DNA from: Chiloscyllium plagiosum
Lineage: Eukaryota
Reading direction: 5' to 3'
Assembly (NCBI RefSeq): GCF_004010195.1
Contig: NC_057744.1
Span: forward strand, 29,727,377-29,791,376
DNA length: 64,000 nucleotides
Both the position numbers and the translations under genes were made by a program. Of the stretch, positions 52,514 to 63,636 are shown in pieces (position 1 is the first letter of the stretch; each line of letters begins with the position of its first letter). The notes beneath the pieces were generated by a model. It was given only the letters and a program-made list of their open reading frames with translations, made no database searches and was not told the origin of the DNA.

Positions 52514-53044
52514 GAGTGTGTGACGCTGGAAAAGCACAGCAGGTCAGGCAGCATCCAATGAGCAGGAGAATCGATGTTTCGGGCATAAGCCCTTCATCAG
52601 GATGGAGTGGATAGATGGGAATGCTGATGGACAGGTCAAGAGGACGATGCAGAGTTGGAGGCTTGGGACTTGGATAATGTGGGGGGAGAGGAAATGAGGA
52701 AACTGGTGAAATCCACATTGATCCCATGTGGTTGCAGGGTCCTAAAGCAGAATATGAGGCATTCTTCCTCCAGACATTGGGTGGTAAGGGTTTGGCGATG
52801 GAGGAGGCTCAGGACCTGCATGTCCTTGGTGGAGTGGGAGGGGGAGTTGAAGTGTTCAACCATGGGGTGGTGGGATTGGTTGGTGCGGGTGTTCTAGAGA
52901 TATTCTCCATCCTGTTGAAGGGCTTATGCTCGAAACATCAATTCTTCTGCTCCTCGGATGCTGTCTGACCTGCTGTGCTTTCCCAGCACCACACCCCCGA
53001 CTCTGATATCCAGCATCTGCAGTCCTCACTCTCTCCTCGGAGAA
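52514..53044. mobile_element. Inverted-arm Penelope element (family B) with endonuclease C-terminus
   Basis: VEHFNSPSHSTKDMQVL...LEEECLIFCFRTLQPHGINVDF (ORF 52636-52863, -); inverted termini; TSD-like tga(g/a)agggtc. Confidence 0.85.
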
Positions 53045-53597
53045 TGAAAGGGTCAGAGGTCAGAAAATTTCCATTTTATCACATCACTGTACTCTTTAAA
53101 ACCCAACCGTTCATCATAACTTATTATTATTGAGAAAATTACAGGTGGAAATGCTTTTAATAAAATCTACCGTCCTTCTCACCGATAAGCAAAATAATCT
53201 TAAGGATTTGGTGCAACGTTTCATAGTGAAAGAGCAGCTTGTCTAAAACCCATGTATTGTTAGGCTTCCACATCAGAGAGGATTTATTTGAATGGCTCCC
53301 AATCCATCGTGGAGAATTTATGTTCCTTATAGCATCGGATGCTAACCAACCACATATCCATTAATTCCACTGAACTTGCTTTGTGTTTCCAAAAGCAGTT
53401 GAGAAGATTGTGCCTGACAGTTTGCTAAACAATAACCAATATGATCTCCACTGTTGCCTTTCGCTATTTCTGGATTTGGGTTGCTCTTTTGCATCTCAAG
53501 GATACCCAGTGTTTTGTCACTTTTAAATAAAAGAGGGGCTATTCCACATAATTTTAGGTACGGGGGGAATGTGACAATGCTGGATAAGCTACAAGAG

Positions 53598-53895
53598 TTA
53601 GAATCCCTATAGTGTGGAAACAGGCCCTTCAGCCCATTGAGTCATCCACACTGAACAGCATTCTACCTAGACCTGCCATACCCCCTCCCATCACTGTAAA
53701 CCTGCACTTCCCACGGCTAATCCAGCCACCCTGCACATTCCCAGATACTATGGGCAATTTAGCATGGCCAATCCATCTAACCTGCACATCTTTGTACTGT
53801 GTGAGGAAATTCCACACAGACAGTCAACCTGAGCATGGAATCTATATGCCTGGTGCTCTGAGTAACAGTGAAAACCACTGAGTCCCCATGCCACT
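53598..53895 (-). mobile_element. HE1-type V-SINE, decayed
   Basis: gtgtggaaacaggccct tail and gggcaatttagcatggccaatcca.ctaacctgcacatc body. Confidence 0.8.
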
Positions 53896-54599
53896 GTCAA
53901 TAGGATGTATTTTTTGAACAGTGGTAACCTCATGCCACTCACTTGTTTCCTACGAAACCACATACTCCGCATTTATGACAGGAAATTCCGATCAGGGCTC
54001 CTGCAGAAAGGCTGAGCTGTACCTCCATTCTGACAGATGCTTTGGGGCATAAAATAGTCAGGAGAAAGCAATCCACCCTAAATTCTTCACAGTAATCAGC
54101 TGCCTTATTCTATGAATTAGCAGTCCAGCGCCATGGAAAGACACCTAAAGAGTCATGCATAGAGTAAGTGTAAGATTGAGTAATGAGAGAGTAGGGTGCC
54201 AGGTAGGCAGGGGGTAAGGTGCCAGGTGGGTCAGTGTGAGGTCGCCACAGTGTTATTTCTACTCCAGTTGTGCCAGGGCCCTTACCCTCAATGTTTAAAT
54301 CGAGCATCCTGGCACCAAGCTTTCTGATTAGAGACATTGGTCAGTAAGATCAAAATGGAGCAAAGATTTAATCTGAACTTTTGACTCTCCTTGCAGAATA
54401 AGTTTCTCCAAGTCTCTGTTGTCTGACCACAAACAACTTAAAATTTCAAGTTTGGATAAACTTGCTGCATTTCTTCTTTATTACTGAGCAATGCAGAGAT
54501 AGTTCTAGAGTCAAACAGTTGTTTACATAATTTAAATGTCTTGAAACATTACAGAATTTTCCATATACATTGAGTTCATAGCAGCATATCTCAATCATT

Positions 54600-55590
54600 A
54601 CAAATGTACAAACTAGAAGCAGAAATAGACCATTCAGCCCCTTGAATCTGCTCCCCTACTCAATAAAATTGTGGATTATCTTACTGTATCCTCAAATCCA
54701 CATTCCTATCTATCATTGATAACCTTTTATCCCTTCCAAACAAGAATCTATTTAACCTTTGCCCTAAAAATATTCAAATATACTTTGCTTCCACTACCTT
54801 TTCAGGAGGAGAGTTCCAGAGATTAGTGACACTCAGGAAAAATAATTACACCATTTGTTTTAAATGGTTAACCTTATTTGAGGTTCTCCCATTTGGAGGA
54901 AACTTTCTCTCACATATACCCTGTCAGGAAACCTTGAGGATCTTACATGTTTCAATCAAGTCATCTCTAACTCTTCGAGTTGATGGCCTAGTGGTGTAGT
55001 CGCTGGATTGTTAACTCCAAACCTGGGAATGTTCTGGGTATGTGACTCAAAGCCCACCATAGTGGAATTTGAATGTTTTAAAAAATCTGAAATCAAGATT
55101 CTAATGATAACCGTGAATCCATTGCTAATTGTTGGAAAAACCCAACTAGATCACTGATGTCCTTTGGGGAAGGCAACATTAGCCACTGATGCCCTTATAC
55201 CATGAATGAATTTTTTAAAAAGCAGGTATAAGCAGCATCTACCTAATCTTTCCCCATAAGACAGCCCTCTCACTCCAGGTATTAGTTTGGGAAGCCTTTT
55301 CTGAACAATCTCCAACACCTTTACATCCTTTCTGAAATAAGGTCACTATTTCCATGCATAATAACCCAGAAGCAGTTTCACCAGTGCTCTGTATAACTTC
55401 CTTATCTTTGTATTCAATTCCCCTTACAATAAATGATGACTTTTTATGAGCTTTCCTATTTACTTGCTGTACCTGCGTCCTCTCACCTTTTGTGATACAT
55501 GCACAAGGACACCCAGAACCCTCTGCATCCTCGCACCATTTAGATAATATGCTTCTTTCCTGCCAAAATGGACAATTCCACATTTTCCCA
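54600..55590 (-). mobile_element. Decayed CR1 with nested SINE (about 54978-55220)
   Basis: VQQVNRKA...FIVRGIEYK in ORF 55239-55583 and CR1 3' UTR. Confidence 0.75.
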
Positions 55591-55710
55591 AATTTCTGAG
55601 TCAGGATTCACTATCTAAAGAAATTGAGCCCTGCACAAGGACCCGTGAATAGACGAGCTTAAACAAACGCTGCACTGAACCAGATTATAACGCTAATGAA
55701 TCAATTGTAC

Positions 55711-55965
55711 CAGTGGTATATGTGGCCTGTTGTTGCTGGTCTGACATTTTGTTGAAGAGTCCACTGGGGTCTTTTCCAGTAGCAGTCTGCTTCTTTGCTG
55801 CCATTTCCTCCTTTTGGGAGATTCTGTCTTCTATCTCATCAGCCCAAGACATATTCCAATCCCAAATCTGACCAGGTTCACTTGTGGCCTCTGATCCTTC
55901 AGAGCGATTACATGATAGCCCAGCATCAGAGAAGGCAGCAGGCATAGAGGAGGCTGCAGGGAGAG
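55711..55965 (-). CDS. ROBO4: ROBO4-like penultimate coding exon (reads through to a stop at 55685 if the donor is not used)
   Basis: Acceptor tttctctaatcccag|CT in phase 1, matching the donor at 63637; encodes ...GQIWDWNMSWADEIE..., resembling the W-x-W-x-x-x-W-x-E motif near the mammalian ROBO4 C-terminus; weak donor CTG|gtacaa; 255 nt. Confidence 0.75.
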
Positions 55966-56799
55966 CTGGGATTAGAGAAATCAATAGGTTATAATCTATT
56001 CATTTTATACATGGAATAACTCAATAGATTTTAAAAATTAAAGTAATAAAAATTTAATATACAAAAGAAAAGAACACCAAAAAATACAGCAAAAGATTCA
56101 AAGAGCTAATTCAAATGATTCATGCAGGCACACAGTGGAAGTGTGACAGATGCATTTCTGAAGACAACAGGAAAAGTGAGAGTTAGATCCAGTAAGACAC
56201 TAGTTTTGCCTTTTACTAAAGCTCTCTTCTTAATATTACTTCCATTCTTAACGTTTTGAGTCCAGTATGACACTTCTTCAGAACAAGACATTCCAAAGCA
56301 AAGTCATACTTCAAAACATCTACTGTGTTTCTCTCTCCACACCAACAGACCTGCTGAGTTTCTCCAGCATTTTGTTATTATCTCAGAATGCCAGCAACTG
56401 CAGCATCTTGCTTTCATTACTGACATTCTTAACACATCGTGTGGATAAATGGCAGCAGGAAAGAGAGTGCCAGACAGTGGAGCAGCTTGATGTGCTGGGG
56501 GTGGCGGCAGCTGAGAAGGATAGAGAGAGAGAGAAAGAGGGATGCTGAGAAACAGAGAGGGACACAATAGGAGATGTGTGAATCGTGATAGACTGATATA
56601 AAAAGTAACAGGAAGTTACTAAGTTTGTAAACTGTTTTGTATTTAGATTCTTATAGTTTGCCCAAATACCCATGGATTGTGCCACAAATATGCGCCAATC
56701 TCAAGTAACATAGCAATAACGACCTGTCAGTCTTTCACAGCTCTAATCTGTTCTTTCCCATCTCAATCATCCCTCTCCTCTCTGGTCTTATCCTGTTAT

Positions 56800-57135
56800 A
56801 AAGTCATAGAGTCATACAGCACAGAAACAGACGCTTCGGTCCAACCAGTCCACGTTGACCATAATCCCAAACTAAACTAGTCCCACCTGCCTGCACTTGG
56901 CCCATATCCCTCCAAACATTTCTTATTCATATTCTTATCAGAATGTCTTTTAAATATTGTAACTGTACCCGCATTCACCACTTCCTCTGGAAGTTCATTC
57001 CAAACACAAACCACTCTCTGTGTAAAGAAGATTCCTCTCATGTCTTTTCTAAATCTTTCTCCTCTCACCTTAAAAATATGTTGTCTTGTCTTGAAATCCC
57101 CCACCCTCGGGAAAAGACATTTACTTTATCTATAG
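56800..57135 (-). mobile_element. CR1 3' fragment
   Basis: FKVRGERFRKDMRGIFFTQRVVCVWNELP. Confidence 0.88.
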
Positions 57136-57308
57136 CCCTGATATATTTTTGCAGCAAGTGGCCATTTATCAAATTGAGCAAGATAGAATGTTTCATGAAC
57201 GGCCTCATGGCTAAAGTATGTCCTCATCTGACAGTCACAGCTAGAAATTCAGGCAGTTAACTGGATCAGGATCCCAATCTCCGACTGACTTTATGATGAA
57301 GTCAACTA

Positions 57309-57960
57309 CATAGAGTCATAGAGTCATACAGTTATACAGCATGGAAACAGACCCTTTGAGCCAACTCGTCCATGCTGACCAGATATTATAAAGTAATCTA
57401 GTCCCATTTGCCAGTATTTGGCCCATGTCACTTTAAATCATTCCTATTCTTGTAACCATCCAGATGCCTTCTAAATGTTGCAATTGTACCAGCCTCTACC
57501 ACTTCCTCTGACCACTCATTCCATACATGTACTAACTTCTGCGTAAAAAAGCTGCCCCGTAGATCCCTTTTAACTTTTTCCCCTCTCGCCTGAAACCTAT
57601 GCCCTCTAGTTTCAGACTCCCCTACTCTGGGGAAATGCCCTTTGCTGTTCACCCTATCCATGCCCCTCATGATTTTATAAACCTCTATAAGGTCACCCTT
57701 CAACCTCCAATGCTCCAAGGAAAACAGCACCAGCCTATTCAGCTTTTCCCTGTAGCTCAAACCCTCCAACCCTAGTAACATCCTTGTGAATTTTTTCTAA
57801 ACCTTTTCAAGTTTCACAGTATCCTTCCTATAGCAGGGAGACCAGAACTGAATGCAGTATTGCAAAAGTGGATTAACCAATGTCCTGTACAGCTGTAACA
57901 TGACTTCCCAATTCCTACACTCAATGCACTGACCAGTAAAGGCAAGCATACCAAATGCCA
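57309..57960 (-). mobile_element. CR1 3' fragment
   Basis: ORFs 57428-57781 and 57797-57997 are CR1 RT C-terminus; tail (catagagt)n. Confidence 0.9.
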
Positions 57961-58927
57961 ACATGTCCAATTCTAGCTTCCAAAATGCTGCCCCCATTGA
58001 CAGTGGAATTTGGAAATCTCAGACGTTCCAATGTACGAGGCCTAGTACTGGGCAGCTCAGGGAGAGCCCAAGTAGGCCACTGGGGAACTAAGGAATCCTC
58101 TCTTCAGTGAAATGTCAATTTAACTGCAAAGCAATTCCTGTAAACCAGAATGGTTTAAAGCACACACGACTCCTGTGAGAATTGGATCATCACTTTGTTC
58201 ACCTATAAAGTTGAAAGAGATGGGACAGATTTAGGATACAGAAGTAGATTAATTAATTGAAGTGCTGTCTGCTGTCCAGTCAGCATTTCTATAGCTCCAG
58301 ATTCTGGATCAAGCCATAAATATCACAGCCTCGGAGACACAAGAAACCCAATAAACACAAACCCCAATTTAAATGCATTTTACAATTACCCGATAAATGA
58401 GCAGACAAGCAATTCCAATAAAACTGGACTTTTACGTTTCATTTAATCTGTGTACTGCATGGCTCAGAAATCAGACCTGCTACTAAAGGTCAGGAGGAGA
58501 GGTGTTCATCATTATGACATGTACATCCTACAGTTCATTTACAGGGATCTTCAGAGCAGCTTTAAACGTTAGCTATCCATGTATTCGTCTGCATTCACTC
58601 AGACATTAGACGGGAAGCAAGATGTACTCTGAGGAAATAAGGATCATAACACTTGTATGAAGCAAGGACTCTCTCCATCAATAAATAATCAGCGTTTCAA
58701 ATTCCGCTGAAATTTGTTCTTCCAATCCCCAGTCCCAATTCCAGTGGATAGCCAGACCAAACCACCCTACCGTTCCTCCAACTGCAGACACTCTAGATGT
58801 GTGCAACCCGAGAATACCCTCAGAGGATGTGAAGCATTATGTTACAGAACATGCAGGTTAAGGAACATTGTATATAATGCACAGGGGACGGGATTTGGCA
58901 CACACAGATCCTAGTAAATATGCCTGA

Positions 58928-59250
58928 CCAGTGATTAGCACTGTTGCCTTTGAGCACCAGGGTCCCGGGTTCAATTTCACCTTGGGTGACTGTGTGAAGA
59001 TTGCCAATTCTCCCCAGGTCTGCGTGGAAGTGCTCTGGTTTCCTCCCACAGTCCAAAGATGTGCAAGTTAGGTGGACTGGCCTTACTAAATTGCCCATTG
59101 TGTCCAGGGATGTTCAGGCGAGGTGGGTTAGCATTTGGAAAAGCAAGGTTACAGTTATAGGGTAGGTGGGTTTGAGTGAGAAGCTCTTCAGAGGATTGGT
59201 GCAGACTCGAAGGGCCGAATTGCCTGCTTCCACACTGCAGGTATTCTGTA
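58928..59250 (+). mobile_element. HE1-type V-SINE
   Basis: ccgggttcaatt B-box, tgctctggtttcctcccacagtccaaagatgtgca V-domain and tail. Confidence 0.85.
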
Positions 59251-59319
59251 AATGTACTTCAACACCGCCCTATTCTCTGGCCAATATCTCTGTCTCAGAC
59301 TGGCTGCAGAGCTTCAGCA

Positions 59320-59910
59320 TAAGCTGGAAGAACAGCACCTGATTTTCCATTTGGGGAATCTGCAGCCTTCAGGATTCAATATTGAGTTCAATAACCTTAG
59401 TGCTTGAACTCTCCTATGTCCTAGACCCCAACCCAACACACCAGGCCTTGTGATTATATAGTCTGCCTTTACGCGCAACCCATTGTCAGCCATAAACAGA
59501 TTCTATGATGTAGAGGTGCTGAGGTGGAGAAAGTTAAAAAATTACACAACTTCAGGTTATAGTCCAACCAGTTTATTTGGAAGTACTAGCTTTCAGAGCG
59601 ATGTTCCTTCATCAGGTAGCTTGTGGCATAGGATCAAAAGATGCTATAAAGTTTGCTATAAATTTTGTGTCGTATGATCCTATCCACTAGCTACCTGAGG
59701 AAGAAGCAGCGCTCTGAAGGCTTGTACTTCCAAATAAACCTGTTGGGCCAAAAACCTGGTGTTGTGTAATATGTAGCATTAACAGTTTCTGTTAACAGCT
59801 ATTCACTCTCCCAGCCAGATCTTTATCCACTGTTTAGTCTGTCCAACTGTTCTTCTCTCTCTCTTTGGGCTCTATCCCCACCTGTCATTTATCCCTCAAC
59901 ACTTCCCCCA
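59320..59910. mobile_element. Penelope 3' fragment with nested palindromic family A element (59505-59776)
   Basis: KLEEQHLIFHLGNLQPSGFNIEFNN at 59321-59395; nested inverted arms; TSD-like cat(a/t)aacag(a/t)ttct. Confidence 0.8.
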
Positions 59911-60907
59911 AGTGAGAGTACTATGAGTTCAGAGGTCCAGGCTTTTGAGCCAATGAGCAGGCTGATAACAAGAAGATTTGGGAGGAAGGTGCAGTGTACT
60001 TGCAGAAGTTAATTCAGAGAATTTCAGCTTTCCCACTGTTCAACTGCCAGACTTCCAACTCTAAAGGAAGAACAGGCTTTTTCACAGTCCTACCTCACTT
60101 CCAACTCTCCAAATGTACTGCGCGAGACCATCATCGAGGTTTATTCATCTAAACCCTGATTGCATTGATTGTCTAAATGAGAGGTGAGCTGCTCGCAAAT
60201 GAGCCAGTCTTTCCCCAGAAGGGCTTTATTTCAGACCGATATCCATGTGTTGAATTTGACAGTAAAACACTTTCAGAGATTTACAGGTTTACAATTAAAC
60301 CTTCTCATTTAACACAAACACTACCTTCTGTCCAGCTCATCAATGGGGAAGGGCTCAGCTCTTAAATACAAAATCCAATAAACATCATTGTTCTCAATCG
60401 AGCCTGGAGCTGTTCTGACTGACCTTTAAAGGGACCTGCATTTCTATCACTGACAAACATTCAATGCAATTAACTGAGCTAAGAATGGAGAACCATAGAC
60501 AGAACATGTAACATTAGTTAGACAACATACCTACTTTATACTGCTGAGCTTCTCCAGCAATTTCTGTGCACTTTATATTGTTTCTTCTGGAAGTTTCTGC
60601 AAGTAGGGTGACCAGGATTATAGATGATTGGCTTACATTGTCTGTCTTGGCTCAATTGGGATAATACTTCCCTTGTGGGTTAGCCCAGAGTCTTAAGTAT
60701 GTAACCTTGGATAGGGCGAATTCCCAAGGTCTTTTTCCCAGGGTAGGGGAGTCCAAAACTAGGGTGTTATAGGTTTAAGGAGAGATGGAAAAGATTTAAA
60801 AGGGTCCTGAGAGGCAACTTTTTCACATAAAGGGTGATGCATGTATGGAACTAGCTGCTAGAGGAAGTAATGGAGACTGGCACAATTACAACACCTAGAT
60901 TACATAA

Positions 60908-61126
60908 TGATTTGGAGATGCCAGTGTTGGACTGGGATGTACAAAGTTAAAAATCATACAACACCAGGTTATAGTCCAACAGGTTTAATTGGAAGCACAC
61001 TAGCTTTCGGAGCGACCCTCCTTCATCAGGTGATTGATCAGGCTCCTGATGAAGGAGCGTCGCTCCAAAAGCTAGTGCTTCCAATTAAACCTGTTGGACT
61101 ATAACCTAGTGTTGTGTGATTTTTAA
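60908..61126. mobile_element. Palindromic Penelope mini-element (family A)
   Basis: Inverted arms of about 85 bp around a short spacer; TSD ctagattac(a/g)ta at 60896-60907 and 61127-61138. Confidence 0.88.
60998..61032 (-). ncRNA. Minimal hammerhead-ribozyme motif (family A) on the ROBO4 sense strand
   Basis: cac-CTGATGA-aggagggtcgctcc-GAAA-GCTA-gtg with all core positions intact. Confidence 0.7.
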
Positions 61127-61957
61127 CTAGATTACGTAAGGTTATTTGGTTTGTGTTGGACATCTCTATGACTCTAAGAGATCAGTACAGGGAGTGCTGT
61201 ACAATTGGATATAGGTGAGACCCTTTCAAACAGATGTGAAAGATCTTAGAATGTTGTTCCAGTAGAGAGCAGGAGAAATTTTCTGAGCTCTCTGGTTAAT
61301 ATTTTCAACTCAGTTGACACAAACTAAAACACATTTATTTAGTCATTTACCTCATTGCCGTTTGTAGGAGCCTACAGTGTACAAATTGCAGCAACTCCTG
61401 TAAAAATGACTATACTTCAAATAGTATTTCATTGGCTGTAAGGCATTCTGCAACATTTTGCTTTATAGTGAAAGATGCTATACAAATGCAAAATCATTTA
61501 TCTTCCTCCGACACACAATATTTTTATTGCACAGCTTCTAAATAAAAAAAATGCTGTGTCAGAGACAAGGATTTATGGTGAAGTGTTCCATCCAGACTTG
61601 GTCTCTTTTCCCAGGCACTAATTCATTTATAAAGATTTGATGTTTAAAGCCTGGTCTCAGATATTGGTTTATTAAATTACCACAAAGTAGAGCAAATTGT
61701 GTGTACTGATACAAATCTTGTGGAGGCTATTTTTAGCAACTAAAGTGCTCGTATTATTCAGAACAATTGTTAGCGGAGGTTACACTGATAGAGAGAAAGA
61801 ATAGCAGCATCAGCACATTGTCACAACATGATTTCCAACTTGATCGTGAATACACTTTATATCAGGCAACATAGTTCACGCAAAAGAAGCCAACTCTGTA
61901 AATAGCGCCGATTGCTCACATTTTAAAATTATTTTCCCCTGTGCTTTCTCATCCAGG

Positions 61958-62018
61958 TTCTGGATTAGTGGTGCTGGAAGAGCACAGCAGTTCAGGCAGC
62001 ATCCAAGGAGCTTTTTAC
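61958..62018 (-). mobile_element. 61-bp Penelope terminal fragment
   Basis: Exact 14-bp TSD ctttctcatccagg at 61944-61957 and 62019-62032. Confidence 0.8.
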
Positions 62019-62660
62019 CTTTCTCATCCAGGAACAATGGCAGATCAGTGGCCAGAAGAAGGGAATTCCTGGATTTTGACCCAGTGACAGTGAAAGAATG
62101 GTGACACATTTTGAAGGCAGGATGGTGAGTGGCTTGGATGGAAATTTGAAGGTGGTGGGTGTGCCCATGTATCTGCTGCCCTTGCCCTTATATCTATGTG
62201 TTGTCATGGGTTTGAAAGGTGCTGAGTGAGCATCTTCAGTGAATTTCTGCATTGTATCTCATGGATAGTACACACTGCTGTTACTGAGCATCACTGGTAG
62301 AGGGAAGTGGATGCTTGTGGATGTGGTGCCACTCAAGCGTGCTGCTTTATCCTGGATGGTGTTGGAACTGAACTCATCCAGGCAAGTGGGAAGTATTCCA
62401 TCACACTCCTTGTGCCTTGTAGATGGTGGACAGGCTTTGGGAGTCAGAAGGTGAATTACTCATTGCAGTAAACATAGCCTCTGACCAGCTCTTGTTGCTA
62501 TTTTATGTATGTGGCGAGTCCATTAGTGTTTCTGATCAATGGTAACCCCAAGGATGTTGCTGGTGGGGTATTCAGTGATGGTAACATCATTCAATGTCCA
62601 GGGGCAGTGACTGAATTGGGATAGTTATTGCCTGCTATTGTGTGGTGTGAATGTTAATTG

Positions 62661-62877
62661 AAAATGTATTGCTGGAAAAGCACAGCAGGTCAGGCAGCAT
62701 CCAGGGAACAGGAGAAGAGACATTTCGGGCCTAAGCCCTTCTTCAGAAATTCCTGAAGAAGGGCTTATGCCCGAAACGTCGATTCTCCTGTTCCCTGGAT
62801 GCTGCCTGACCTGCTGCGCTTTTCCAGCAACACATTTTCAGCTCTGATCTCCAGCATCTGCAGACCTCACTTTCTCC
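62661..62877. mobile_element. Palindromic Penelope mini-element (family B)
   Basis: Inverted arms; exact 15-bp TSD tgtgaatgttaattg at 62646-62660 and 62878-62892; hammerhead-like core at 62750-62783. Confidence 0.9.
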
Positions 62878-63636
62878 TGTGAATGTTAATTGCCAATTGT
62901 CAGTGCAAGCCTGGACATTGTTCAGATCTTGATGCATTTGCACATGGACTGTTTCAGGCATGAAATTAAGTTAAATTAAATTAAATTAAACTCAAAGTTA
63001 TGGTGTTCACAGTAAACTAGTGGAACAACTGGTTAAAGAACAGGAAACAATGAATATCATTTAAAGGCATAACATGAAAGCTGAAGAAAGGAACAAGTGG
63101 GGGAGATTGCGTCTCAACTCCAGAATCAATACAGATTCTGCTCAAACAAGGACCACCAACCGAAGGACACAGAATGAAGGTAACTCGCAAAAGAACCAGA
63201 GAGGAGATGAGAATTTTCTTTTCACTTTTAAACACATTGACTTGTTTGATCTGGAATTCATTGACGATACAAGGTGCTGAATGCAAATGCAATTGTAACT
63301 TCCAAAAAATGAATCTATTGTCAAAACAAAAAAAAAGATTAATTTTCAGGGTTATGGAGGAAGACTAGGGAGCATCAGCTCTGTCAAAGAGCCAATACAA
63401 ATACAGGGTGTTAAATGACATTTTATTGTATTGAATTATCGCAAACTCTAGAATGGGACATCAACACACACTCTTCTCAGAGAGAGGTGCAATAGCTCCC
63501 CACAGCAACACGCTGATACCCATCAGCTTATCCATAGACCATTAGGTACCACTACTGCCTGGGCTATGAGTCTAAGATGAAACTGGAATTCCTATTCTAT
63601 TCTGCTGTGCTGTTCTGTTGACATGTTGAGATTTAC

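Noticed and set aside
63017-63368. Cluster of short ORFs near the ROBO4 exon
   Set aside because: Intronic and compositionally biased, with no homology or splice signals recognised.
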